Positions 51,851 to 61,736 are shown, counted from the stretch's first letter. The stretch: 64,000 nt of DNA from an uncultured delta proteobacterium (GCA_963708295.1 CAVPSJ010000006.1:8635-72634), one strand, 5' to 3'. Program-made: numbers and translations. The notes: a model not told the origin generated them from the sequence alone.

Positions 51851-52981
51851 ATGAACTCAGAACAAATTCCCGGTCTCTACATTCATATTCCTTTTTGTCA
51901 GAGCAAATGCTTTTATTGCGACTTCTATTCATCAACCTCCCTCTCTGCCCTTCCCCTTTTTCTCGAGGCCCTCTTCAAAGAAATGGAGATCTACTCCAGC
52001 CAATTTAGCTCTTTTGATACGGTCTACATCGGGGGCGGGACGCCTTCTCTTCTCAGCCATCAACAATTGGAAAGCATGCTGGCAGGAATAAGGGAAAACT
52101 TCCACCTCACGTCGGACATGGAAATAACCCTGGAAACCAACCCGGCTGATCTCAATCGATCTTATCTTGAATCGTTACGCGAGATCGGAATCAACCGGCT
52201 GAATATCGGAATCCAATCCTTTGATCAGGAAGTGCTCCGCTTCCTGGGAAGACGTCACACTCTGACGCAGGCCATTTCAGCCGTTGAGGCTTCAAGAAAA
52301 GCAGGGTTTCACAACGTAGGGCTCGACTTGATCTACGCTGTCCCGGGGCAGACCATCGATTCATGGCTCGATACCTTGAAACAGGCTGTTGCCTTTGCAC
52401 CGGAGCATCTCTCCTGCTATCAACTCACCCTTGAATCTAAGACGCCTTTGGGGAAAAGATACGAGGTGGGGGAGTTTTCCATTCCCGGAGAAGATTTACA
52501 GTATGATTTTTTTATGAAGACGTCTCAGGTCCTCGAGGACGCTGGGTATATTCATTATGAGGTATCGAACTTTGCCAGGGAAACAAGGTACACCTCCCGG
52601 CATAACCAAAAATATTGGGACCACTCTCCTTATCTCGGTCTGGGGCCTGCCGCCCATTCTTTCTGCGACAATCGTCGCTGGTGGAACTACCGTTCTGTCG
52701 ATCGATACATCACAGCGGTCAACGGGGAAAATCTTCCGGTTGAGGAAACAGAGATCCTCACGATGGAGCAACTCCGGCTGGAGGCGCTCTATTTTGGCCT
52801 AAGGACAAAAAAGGGAATTCATCTCCAGGATTTTAAGAATTTTTATGACTACGATCTTTTCGCCGAAAAAAAGAAAATGCTGAGTAAGCTCCAGGAGGAA
52901 GGATTGATCTCCATTCAGAACGGCCATCTCTGCCCTACCCCAATCGGCCTCGCCGTCGCCGACAGCCTGTCGCTGATTTAG
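51851..52981 (+). CDS. hemW: Radical SAM heme chaperone HemW (HemN-like)
   Basis: LYIHIPFCQSKCFYCDF, GGGTPS, YEVSNFA, HNQKYW, YLGLGPAAHS; follows lepA. Confidence 0.9.
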   Translation: MNSEQIPGLYIHIPFCQSKCFYCDFYSSTSLSALPLFLEALFKEMEIYSSQFSSFDTVYIGGGTPSLLSHQQLESMLAGIRENFHLTSDMEITLETNPADLNRSYLESLREIGINRLNIGIQSFDQEVLRFLGRRHTLTQAISAVEASRKAGFHNVGLDLIYAVPGQTIDSWLDTLKQAVAFAPEHLSCYQLTLESKTPLGKRYEVGEFSIPGEDLQYDFFMKTSQVLEDAGYIHYEVSNFARETRYTSRHNQKYWDHSPYLGLGPAAHSFCDNRRWWNYRSVDRYITAVNGENLPVEETEILTMEQLRLEALYFGLRTKKGIHLQDFKNFYDYDLFAEKKKMLSKLQEEGLISIQNGHLCPTPIGLAVADSLSLI

Positions 52982-53153
52982 GGAAACCCTCTTCCATTTC
53001 GAACGAGGTTGCCCGATTATATTTGCATTGCCTGCGATTGTGTGTTATATAAGCAGTGTTCTCGTGTTTTCAATTCATTCCCGCCTCAATGACTTCCAAT
53101 TGATTACGCGTAAACAGATCCATAAATAAAACCAAATATTTGAAAGGAAAATT

Positions 53154-54362
53154 ATGCAAACGGAGAAGTTTGAAGCTCTCGGAATTTCTATGGAATTGCG
53201 CAGAGCCGTAAAGGATATGGGGTATGAAGCCATGACGCCCATTCAGGCAAAGGCTATCCCTCTGATCCTTCAAGGGAAAGATATTATCGGACAGGCACAG
53301 ACAGGGACAGGGAAAACGCTCGCTTTCGGCCTCCCTCTGCTGAATTCGATACAACCCGGCAACAGGAAAACCCAGGCAATCGTTCTGTGTCCCACCCGTG
53401 AGCTGGCTGTTCAGGTAGCAGACGAGCTCAAAAGAGTTCTCATCCACAAGAGAGAAATTAAAGTGCTGCCTATTTACGGAGGGCAGCCGATCGCACAGCA
53501 GATTCATGGACTCAGGGCCGGTGCCCATGTCATCATCGGAACCCCCGGCCGCACCATAGACCATATCAACAGGGGTACGTTGAAACTCGATCAGGTGAAA
53601 ACCGTTGTCCTGGACGAAGCGGACAAGATGCTCGACATGGGTTTTGTTGACGATGTCGAGAAGATCCTTCGGAAGATCCCCACAGAGAGACAGACCCTGC
53701 TCTTTTCGGCGACCATGCCCAAACCGATCCTCGACCTGACCCGAAAATATCAGCGGGAGCCGGAGTTTGTCAAAATGGTCCAGAAACAATTAACCGTGCC
53801 TCATGTAGAGCAGTATTACCTTGGAGTCCAAGAGGGCATCAAGCTGGATGTCCTGTGCCGCCTCATCGATCTGCACAGCTTAAGGTCCTCCCTCGTTTTC
53901 TGCAACAGGAAAAGGAGCGTGGACGAAGTGGTCAGGAAGCTTGGGGCAAGGGGGTATCTTGCTCAAGGTCTCCATGGAGACATGACCCAGCCTCAGAGAG
54001 GGCGTGCCATGGACAAGTTCAAGAGGAATATCTCAGAGATACTCGTGGCTACGGACGTCGCGGCAAGAGGCATCAATGTGCAGAACATTCAGGCTGTTTT
54101 TAATTACGACCTTCCCCTGGATAAAGAATACTATGTTCACCGAATCGGCAGGACCGCACGCGCAGGGAGGAAAGGACATGCTTTCTCCTTCGTGGTGGGG
54201 AGAGAAATCGGAAAGCTCCGGGCAATCGAAGCCTATGCTGCCACAAAAATTGCCTCCATGCCTGTCCCTTCCATGGCGAATGTGAATAAGGTAAGAACCA
54301 TCCCGTCTCAAAAGGGCAAAGGCATGGGCGGATACAGGCAATCCCAAACGCTATACACATGA
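53154..54362 (+). CDS. DEAD-box RNA helicase (core only, short C-terminus)
   Basis: Q motif, AQTGTGKT, PTRELA, DEAD, SAT, HRIGRTAR. Confidence 0.93.
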   Translation: MQTEKFEALGISMELRRAVKDMGYEAMTPIQAKAIPLILQGKDIIGQAQTGTGKTLAFGLPLLNSIQPGNRKTQAIVLCPTRELAVQVADELKRVLIHKREIKVLPIYGGQPIAQQIHGLRAGAHVIIGTPGRTIDHINRGTLKLDQVKTVVLDEADKMLDMGFVDDVEKILRKIPTERQTLLFSATMPKPILDLTRKYQREPEFVKMVQKQLTVPHVEQYYLGVQEGIKLDVLCRLIDLHSLRSSLVFCNRKRSVDEVVRKLGARGYLAQGLHGDMTQPQRGRAMDKFKRNISEILVATDVAARGINVQNIQAVFNYDLPLDKEYYVHRIGRTARAGRKGHAFSFVVGREIGKLRAIEAYAATKIASMPVPSMANVNKVRTIPSQKGKGMGGYRQSQTLYT

Positions 54363-54369
54363 TAGAAAT

Positions 54370-54577
54370 CAGCTCCGGCTGGAGGCACTCTATTCTGGCC
54401 TACGGGTAAAGAAGGGGCTCTCCCTCAAGGACTTCCAGAACCCAATATGGCTTCGATCTCTTCACCGAAAGGCGGACCATTCTGGGTAAACTCCAGGAGG
54501 AAGGATTGATCTCCGTCCAAGATGGCCGCCTCTACTCTACCCAACCGGCCTCGCCGTCGCCGACTGCCTTTCGTTGA
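54370..54577 (+). repeat. Degenerate direct duplicate of the hemW 3' end
   Basis: ctccggctggaggc...ctccaggaggaaggattgatctcc...cggcctcgccgtcgccgac shared with 52769-52977. Confidence 0.85.
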
Positions 54578-54779
54578 CCGTCCTCTCGAGAAGATGCAAA
54601 TCAAGACCACACGGGCAGGAGATATTCTTAACCCAGGGATGGGCTTGCCTTATCATTCGTGTTGACTTTTCCAATGGGAGCTATTAGGATTTTCTTTAAG
54701 AGATGGCGCTTTGAAAAATAATTCCACAGACATATAAAAAATCACGTTTGTGATCCCTTGATAGAAAGAGGACTTAATT

Positions 54780-55601
54780 ATGCGAATGATCGATACCCAC
54801 TTCCACATCGGCGTCATCCCCCATGAATGGCAGCATATCCTCGGGCTCTGTGAATTGGACACGGTGATCGTTCCCTCGGATCAGATGATTCCCGACTACT
54901 CTACCCTGGACATGGTGAAGGACCATTATGACCGGATCCTCACGGAAAAAACTGAAAATGCCCATGACTTTGGGATATTCAACGTCTTTCTGGCTGTCAC
55001 TTATCCTATGTGGGGACTCCCCGTGACCTTGCTGGACAAAGGCATCGATCTCATGGAACAGTATATCGGAAAACCTCGGGTCGTGGGCGTTGGCGAGGCA
55101 GGAATGGATACGGTGACCGTTGAGCACGAGGAGGTCGTTTTCAAGGCAATGGTCGCGTTTGCCAAGGCGCATCATGTGCCGATTATCGTCCACACCCCGC
55201 CCCCGCGCCATTCGCCCTATCTTGGTCGTGAGAAAACCGATTATGACAAACGAAAGGTGATGGAACGGATAATCAAAATTCTTGTCACTTCCGGAATCGA
55301 TCCCAAGAAGGTAATCCTCGACCATATGAACAAGGAAACCCTTGAGATGGCCTGGGGCTATGGTTCCTGGCTGGGTCTGAGTTGCTGTCTGGACAAACTG
55401 AGCGGGCCGGAGATTGTTTCCTTTTACAGAGAGTATGGACCAGATCGCTTTATCGTCAATAGTGAGTGGGGATTCTCTGGAGGGGGCAACCGATCCGTCC
55501 CCAAAGTCGTTGTCGATATGAAGGCCGCCAACGCGCCTCTTGAAGATATCCAGAAGATGGTTTTCTACAATGCGAAAACCCTCTTCAACCTTCCGATCTG
55601 A
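54780..55601 (+). CDS. TatD-related metal-dependent hydrolase
   Basis: IDTHFH, VGEAG, IIVHTP, LDH, VNSE. Confidence 0.82.
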   Translation: MRMIDTHFHIGVIPHEWQHILGLCELDTVIVPSDQMIPDYSTLDMVKDHYDRILTEKTENAHDFGIFNVFLAVTYPMWGLPVTLLDKGIDLMEQYIGKPRVVGVGEAGMDTVTVEHEEVVFKAMVAFAKAHHVPIIVHTPPPRHSPYLGREKTDYDKRKVMERIIKILVTSGIDPKKVILDHMNKETLEMAWGYGSWLGLSCCLDKLSGPEIVSFYREYGPDRFIVNSEWGFSGGGNRSVPKVVVDMKAANAPLEDIQKMVFYNAKTLFNLPI

Positions 55602-55706
55602 TTCTGGGCCAATCCATCTACTCGCAAAGCCCAGGTCAAGAGGAAGCGGGCTGTTGTTCTCCGGCTTTCAGCCTTGGCACTTCGCCGTCTTCGTACCACA
55701 CCTTCC

Positions 55707-56234
55707 TTATCGGATTGCATTTCTAAAATCCTGGTCCCCCATGATTGCGACGATCACCTTGTAAACCGCTCCATCGATCGCCCGGTTAAGGTTGCCGGAA
55801 GCATTATTTCCTTCGTAATTCTTAGACCATGTCCCGTCCATCTTGTCAACCCGTGCCCGGACGATACAGCGCTGTGAGAAGGCTCCCCAGAAGAGACCCA
55901 CGCTCTCAACGGAAATCTTAAAGCCTACTTCACTCTGGGGTTTTACCTGAACTCCTCTTCTTCTAAGTTCGTCCTCCATCTGGCTGACAATAGAACCCGT
56001 CCAATGCTTATAATCTACAAAATATCTTTGGTTTCCTTGAGTGGCGACAAGCGTGAGCTTGGATTCGGGTACACTGTTGGTAAAGGAAACCACTTTCTTG
56101 GCATCCATCGCACCGACGACTTCGATCTTGACGGGTATCGCACCCCTTGGATAAACCACCTGAGAACACCCTGAAAAAAGAAAAGCGAACAACACCGTCA
56201 ACAAGGGAAGAACAAGTTTTGCTGTCTTCAGCAT
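55707..56234 (-). CDS. Hypothetical lipoprotein
   Basis: Lipobox FSGC after a hydrophobic stretch. Confidence 0.7.
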   Translation of the reverse strand: MLKTAKLVLPLLTVLFAFLFSGCSQVVYPRGAIPVKIEVVGAMDAKKVVSFTNSVPESKLTLVATQGNQRYFVDYKHWTGSIVSQMEDELRRRGVQVKPQSEVGFKISVESVGLFWGAFSQRCIVRARVDKMDGTWSKNYEGNNASGNLNRAIDGAVYKVIVAIMGDQDFRNAIR

Positions 56235-56612
56235 TTTCCATTCTCCTCTCTCTTTTGATAGCAAGAATCCCGCATTACTTCTAGGATGCTAACAGCAAAC
56301 TCCGTGCCACAGGAGAAATTCATGACATAAAGCAGTGTAACATATTATAATTAAACAAGATTTGTCTTGCTGACGGATGGGAGATGTGGTTATTGACTTA
56401 AGAAGGCGCACAATCCATGGGTTGACAGGTGGTCTATTTTTTACCAATGGTTTTTTTGGGGAATGAGTATTCTTTCAAGGATACAGAAGGGTGAATTGCA
56501 GGAGGTTGTTGACAAAAAAAGGGTGAGATAACCTTTGGAGGGGGAAATGATTATTTTTAAATTGAAAGTGTTCAAGCCAAGTCGACATTTTTTCTTAAAG
56601 GAGGTGTTGAAC

Positions 56613-56798
56613 ATGGCAAAAAGTTTAAGCTGTAAGGATGTAGGATCAGATTGTGATTTCTCCGCCTGTGCTAATACAGAGGGTGAACTTTTTGACAAGG
56701 TGAAAGATCACGCCAGGAAAGATCACAATATGAACGAATTTTCGAAAGACTTTTACGACAAGGCCCGTTCAGCCATTCGCGATGTCGAACGGTGTTAG
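56613..56798 (+). CDS. DUF1059 small metal-binding protein
   Basis: SCKDVGSDCDF...HARKDH; AGGAGG RBS. Confidence 0.85.
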   Translation: MAKSLSCKDVGSDCDFSACANTEGELFDKVKDHARKDHNMNEFSKDFYDKARSAIRDVERC

Positions 56799-56825
56799 CA
56801 GAGGGAAACGTCGTTACCATTTTGA

Positions 56826-56861
56826 GAGGCCACCCGAGACGATCTCGGATGGCTTCTTTTT
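56826..56861 (+). terminator. Rho-independent terminator
   Basis: gaggccacccgaga-cga-tctcggatggcttc followed by a T run. Confidence 0.75.
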
Positions 56862-56872
56862 ATCGATTTATC

Positions 56873-56914
56873 GGCCAGGACTTGATGGGATCTGCTTGAT
56901 GGCCATAGGCTCAT
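56873..56914 (-). pseudogene. Truncated HicA toxin N-terminus
   Basis: ATGA overlap with hicB stop; MSLWPSSRSHQVLA resembles HicA starts, then runs into the host terminator. Confidence 0.5.
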
Positions 56915-57111
56915 GCTGAGACCGCGAACACTTCCTTAAGCTCTGGAATTTCTTCCCCATGTTCAAGACGGTCAGCCAGGACTCGCAGGGCTAATGCTTC
57001 CGCCTTTGAAATAGCTTCGTTCCGACTATCGCCGTACACGATAACTCCAGGAAGTTCTGGGATTTCAGCAATCCAGCGGCCATCCTCTTCTCTGTCAATT
57101 TCGATCTTCAT
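56911..57111 (-). CDS. HicB-family antitoxin
   Basis: IDREEDGRWIAEIPELPGVIVYG...EA. Confidence 0.88.
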   Translation of the reverse strand: MKIEIDREEDGRWIAEIPELPGVIVYGDSRNEAISKAEALALRVLADRLEHGEEIPELKEVFAVSA

Positions 57112-57175
57112 ACAGTCACCTTAGAGATATGATATCTCACTCCACGAGTGGCATGCAACCCCGTATTTCTCATTC

Positions 57176-57232
57176 GCCGAACAGTGAAGGTCAGGCGCGC
57201 TGCAAAGCGTCGCCTGCACCCTCTTGTTGGCC
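57176..57232 (-). mobile_element. Integron attC site 1
   Basis: R'' GGCCAAC, L'' GGTGCAGG, L' CCTGACC, R' GTTCGGC; both extrahelical bases present. Confidence 0.85.
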
Positions 57233-57740
57233 ATCCGCTTTGAATCCTTCGTGGAAAGTGACGGTGCCCTGCGGAGTATGCCCGTCGAAAGACAGAGCAA
57301 AGAAGACCTCTTGTGGCACTCCCTCATGCACAAGTCCAGACATGTTTGTGAACCCGAATTTCTTGTAGTAATCCGGATGTCCCACGAGACAACATCCTTG
57401 AGCATTCATGTCTTTCAGACGTGACAACCCTTCCTGTATCAGCGCTTTACCGATGCCCTGCCGCTGGTACGCCGGCAACACCGAAACAGGTCCAAGTCCA
57501 TACCAGTTAGGAGGTGCCATCGGAAATGGTCACGGGAGAGAAAGCAATATGTCCTATCACTCGGCCATCCATTTCTGCGACCAGCGATACCGTAAGAGCT
57601 TTGGCGGCACGTAGCGCCTCGATGATGAACTGCTCCGTGTGGTTGCTGATCTCCAAGGTCTTGAACGCTGCGATAGTCACCTCAGTTATCGCGCAAACAT
57701 CGTTATGCGTCTCGTTCCTGATAACGATCTTTGGATTCAT
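57191..57740 (-). CDS. GNAT N-acetyltransferase cassette (YhbS-like), frameshift near 57510
   Basis: IRNET, VIGHIAFSPV, GLGPVSVLPAYQRQGIGKAL, GHPDYYKKFGF. Confidence 0.88.
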
Positions 57741-57764
57741 GGTCTCATATTCCTCTTTCTTGCA

Positions 57765-57856
57765 GGCCAACAAATTAGATGAGGCGCAGGGGCACAGGCC
57801 TATAAACAGAAAACGAAAAGACGTTATTCCCTGTCGCCTCGATTTGCTTGTTAGAG
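57765..57856 (-). mobile_element. Integron attC site 2
   Basis: R'' CTCTAAC (contains the ORF stop), L'' AATCGAGG, L' CCTCATC, R' GTTGGCC; extra C and A. Confidence 0.88.
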
Positions 57857-58480
57857 CTTCCTCATCATTTCATCGAACTCATCCATGTGACGCGTGAACT
57901 CCTTATCCATGACATGCAGCAAGAACTTCGATAGGAAATCACAGATCCTCTTCACGCTGTTAGGGTTTGTCTGGTCTGCGCTTGGCGTGAGGGAACCATG
58001 GACGAAGACATGTCGCAGGGACGATGCGAGATAGGTAACGTTACATTCCCTCCCTTTTAGATATTCCTCAAGATGCTTCTTGTTAGTCTGGTTTGTTCGC
58101 TCTTGGACGAACTTATAGAACCGATTGCCTGTATCTACCGTCCTGATTGCAGACAGGAGCTTTCTTGTGTTGTACTTTTCCAGTACTTTTAAAAATGTCG
58201 ACTGCTTCGTCTGAGTGATTTTCATGAATTGTTCAAGTGCAGACCACATAAAGAACAGCCTCAGGAGGCCTTCATAGCCAGACGCTGTAGCCTCTGAATA
58301 GGAATCGAAAGAAACCGAGGAGAACGACTTTGCAATTCGATAGCGCGCCGCAAAGCGATTCACTTCGCCTATGTCGTCGATGAACCCAAAGGCACGCGGT
58401 GGAGGCCCGTTCACATGTCGGTCAAACCGATGCCAGTCTGTTGGCAGGTTCTTAGGATATGCTGAGACTATCAATCCCAT
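57851..58480 (-). CDS. Cassette-encoded helical protein with HEPN-like RxxxxH motif
   Basis: WSALE and RHVFVHG. Confidence 0.7.
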   Translation of the reverse strand: MGLIVSAYPKNLPTDWHRFDRHVNGPPPRAFGFIDDIGEVNRFAARYRIAKSFSSVSFDSYSEATASGYEGLLRLFFMWSALEQFMKITQTKQSTFLKVLEKYNTRKLLSAIRTVDTGNRFYKFVQERTNQTNKKHLEEYLKGRECNVTYLASSLRHVFVHGSLTPSADQTNPNSVKRICDFLSKFLLHVMDKEFTRHMDEFDEMMRKL

Positions 58481-58490
58481 ACTTTCCTTG

Positions 58491-58580
58491 CTCTAACGAT
58501 AGCCTTAACCAGCGGGCTATATTAACAAAAATGATAACCATAGAGGGCTATTCCCCGTCTGGTTAAAGGCTGTGTTATAT
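58491..58580 (-). mobile_element. Integron attC site 3
   Basis: R'' ATATAAC, L'' CTTTAACC, L' GGTTAAG, R' GTTAGAG. Confidence 0.87.
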
Positions 58581-58593
58581 GTTTATTCATTTC

Positions 58594-59007
58594 TTAATTG
58601 TCAGCGTAAGCGAGGGCCTCGGAAACAGCCTTGTCTGTTACGGAATGATTTGTCACTCTAGGAAATTGTGATCGATAATCTTTTGCGACCTTTAACGCCT
58701 TTTTAACATCCTTTCTTAAGTGTTCTGAACTGTGGATGCCCACGGAAAAATTCATAAGATCATGATCAAGGGTCCTTTCAAGGGTTTCGGTGGCCTCATC
58801 CATTTTTCCGTCATGTATCTTGCTGAGTACGAATACTTTTTCCTTGATCGCCAATATCGTCGATAAGTTTGACCCATCGCTGAAAAAGGAGCCAAGAAAA
58901 CGCGATGCTCTATGTTCCCCTATGGATTCCCCTATCGCTCCTCCGATTATTGCGCCCAAAATGAAGATGCCTATTAATAAGAAGATTTTACGCCGAGTAA
59001 TGATCAT
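58594..59007 (-). CDS. Cassette-encoded membrane-anchored hypothetical protein
   Basis: N-terminal TM; fills the space between attC4 and attC3. Confidence 0.75.
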   Translation of the reverse strand: MIITRRKIFLLIGIFILGAIIGGAIGESIGEHRASRFLGSFFSDGSNLSTILAIKEKVFVLSKIHDGKMDEATETLERTLDHDLMNFSVGIHSSEHLRKDVKKALKVAKDYRSQFPRVTNHSVTDKAVSEALAYADN

Positions 59008-59025
59008 TTGTCATTTCCTTCTTTC

Positions 59026-59106
59026 ATATAACGGCAGAAAGATCACCCGTTGACAATAGCGTGCTCGGCATGCCTATTGTCAATCGGGTGGATTTGCTTG
59101 TTAGGC
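59026..59106 (-). mobile_element. Integron attC site 4
   Basis: R'' GCCTAAC, L'' AATCCACC, stem TTGACAATAG/CTATTGTCAA, L' GGTGATC, R' GTTATAT. Confidence 0.88.
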
Positions 59107-59171
59107 CATGATGCTCTTCGATTAAAAATCAATAATGATGTTTGCCGCCGCATACTTTTTCAAATGTGCAT

Positions 59172-59378
59172 CTAACTCATCATTTTATCGATTATTATGA
59201 AACATAGGACAAAGGCAAATACGTGAATCAAAAACCATAATATAGCAATACTCTTCTCTTTCAAGGCTGCCTTTAAAAATCTCACATAAATTGGTTGCAC
59301 GAAAAACGGATTATAGCTGGTGACAATTTTCCTTTTCATCAGAAATCTATACATAGCAGTATATGACACAACGACCAT
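59172..59378 (-). CDS. Small hydrophobic cassette ORF, probably 5'-truncated
   Basis: AT-rich hydrophobic ORF upstream of attC4. Confidence 0.45.
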   Translation of the reverse strand: MVVVSYTAMYRFLMKRKIVTSYNPFFVQPIYVRFLKAALKEKSIAILWFLIHVFAFVLCFIIIDKMMS

Positions 59379-59499
59379 GAGAAGGATAATGCGGCTACAT
59401 AAAAAAGACCGATCACGACAGTGAATTCCCTTCTGGTGTATTTAAGATTGGATTCAAACAAACAATTCCAATTTCGACTGGACCCCTCCAATCCGAAAT

Positions 59500-60020
59500 C
59501 ACTCTTGTCCAAGATAGGTTTTGAAAAAGAAAAGGCCCTCGTTTAATAATGTGGTGGAGGATTTCTGCCAGGGAATCCCATCACACATAAAGGAGGGCCC
59601 GCGATGAATAATTTTTGTAGCATATTCAGCCAACTCTTACAACTTTTTCCAAGAGTTGAGTTCCAACACATGGTGAAAGAAACCCATGCCGAACGTCATG
59701 CGAAAGGATTTACTTGCTGGGGTCAATTTGTCGCCATGCTGTTTTGTCAATTGGGCCGCGCCCATTCCCTCCGGGAGATTAACGGGGGACTCCGAAGTTG
59801 CGAAGGCAAACTCAAACACCTGGGCATCACCGCTCCGAGTCATTCCACCCTGGCTTATGCCAACCAACATCGTCCCTGGAAACTTTATCAGGAACTGTTT
59901 CTTCGACTCTTTGAACGATGCCATATCCAGGTCGTTGGGAAGAAAACGTTCCGGTTTAAAAAGAAATTGATCAGCATGGATTCGACCACCATCGATTTGT
60001 GTCTGGAGATGTTTGATTGC
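59500..60020 (+). mobile_element. IS4-family element, 5' portion only (DUF4372 transposase from 59604, truncated)
   Basis: Left end CACTCTTGTCCAAG; FTCWGQFVAMLFCQL...SLREI...STLAYAN...DSTTIDLCL, then an abrupt break. Confidence 0.85.
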
Positions 60021-60021
60021 G

Positions 60022-60064
60022 TACACACCCAGTGTCATACACACCCAGCACACACCCAGTGTCA
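60022..60064. repeat. Three tandem ACACACCCAG(TGTCA) units at the IS4/RAYT junction
   Basis: tacacacccagtgtca tacacacccag cacacacccagtgtca. Confidence 0.8.
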
Positions 60065-60071
60065 GGTCTTT

Positions 60072-61696
60072 ACGGGCTGTTGCCCAAATGATGCTTGCAA
60101 CGATTATACATTCGAGCTATAAGCATGGCAACACAAATCAGGAATGGAGATTTTGCCATGATGGGTCAACAGACAGGAATTCAGCCGAAGATCTTCTATC
60201 CTCATATGAACCTTGAGCAAAGGGTTCCCCGGACACATCTTCTGAGAAGGATTCAAGAGCAGATTGACTTTAACTTCATCTATGCGGAGGTCAGAGACAC
60301 CTATGGGGGCAATGGGAATGTTTCCATTCCTCCTCCTGTGATCCTGAAGATGATGTTGCTTTTGGTTCTTTACAATGTTCGATCGGAACGGGAGTTGATG
60401 GAAACGATTCCCATGCGATTAGACTGGCTATGGTTTTTAGGGTACGACATAGACAGTGAAGTGCCGGATCACAGTGTTTTGAGTAAAGCCCGGGCGCGGT
60501 GGGGAGTGGAGGCGTTTCGGAGGTTTTTTGAGCGAATTGTTTGGCAATGTGTGGAAGCAGGGTTAGTGGATGGCAGTAAGATCTTTGTGGATTCGAGCCT
60601 GGTGGATGCGGATGCATCGAATAACTCTGTGATCGACACTCGATCTCTAAAGGTTCAACTTCAGGAGAGCTACAAGAAGTTGGAAGCCCGTTTGGAGGAG
60701 AAGAGCGAGAGCACGGATTCCTCGAGGAGATACGTTAAAGAGAACAGTCGTTATATCTCTACCACCGATCCGGATGCGGCGATTGTGAATCGGGGGAAGC
60801 CGAAACTTTCCTATCAGGTTCATCGGGCAGTGGATGGGCGGAGTGAAGTGATCACAGCCACGGAGACGACCTCTGGAGATGTCAATGAAGCCCATGAGAT
60901 GATTCCTTTATTAGAGAGTCACCATTTAAACACAGGGATCAAGGCGGATACGGTGGTGGCGGACAGCAAATATGGGACGATCGAGAACTTTTTGGCCTGT
61001 CATGATCAGAGGGGTAGAGGCACACATGCCGGATTTGAAGGAATCGACGGCGAAGCGAATCGAGAAGCTCAACATCTTTTCGGAAGAGCGGTTTGAGTAT
61101 GATGGGGAGAGCGACACCTATCGTTGTCCGGCAGGGAATCGGTTGAAGCCTAGATCCTTACATCATGAGTCGGCAAAGTAGAGATTACGCTGCATCCAAG
61201 AAGATTTGTGCTGCATGTCACTTAAGAGAGCAGTGTACCAGGAACAAGTCGGGTCGGACGATCAAGCGACATCTGAGGCAGGAAGAGCTAGACAGGATGC
61301 GGGAGGCGAGTCGATCGGCCAAAGCGAAGCGGGATATCAAAATGAGGCAGCACTTGATGGAGCGTTCCTATGCCAGAGGGACGCGGTATGGATTTGACCG
61401 GGCACGATGGAGAGGGCTTTGGCGGGTGCAGATACAGGAATACTTGATCTCTGCTGTCCAGAACATTCAGGTTTTGCTGAGGTATGGATCTTATCTAAAG
61501 AGAAGTCCATCGGTCATGATGGAGCAGATCAAAGGGGCTATGACAAGGGATATAAGGTCTTTTTTAGATTTTAAGGAGCTGATGAACTCAAAAATCGGCC
61601 AAAGGGTGCTATTTGGTTTTACTTACCCTCGGCTATCATTCATCGAAACTTAAATTTTCAGATATTTTTGAATTGGGCTTTTGAGCAACAGCCCGT
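60072..61696 (+). mobile_element. IS1182-family insertion sequence (transposase 60158-61653 with two frameshifts)
   Basis: 17-bp TIR ACGGGCTGTTGCYCAAA; SERELM, FLGY, PDHSVLSKARAR, VDSS, STTDPDA, ADSKYG, YRCPAG, CAACHLREQC. Confidence 0.9.
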
Positions 61697-61736
61697 TGAC
61701 ATGAGACAATTTGAGTATCTTTCGGGAAAACCCCGT

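Noticed and set aside
60021-60157. C-terminal extension of the IS4 ORF and N-terminal extension of the IS1182 ORF
   Set aside because: Read-through across junction repeats and the TIR; the likely IS1182 start is the ATG at 60158 after GGAG
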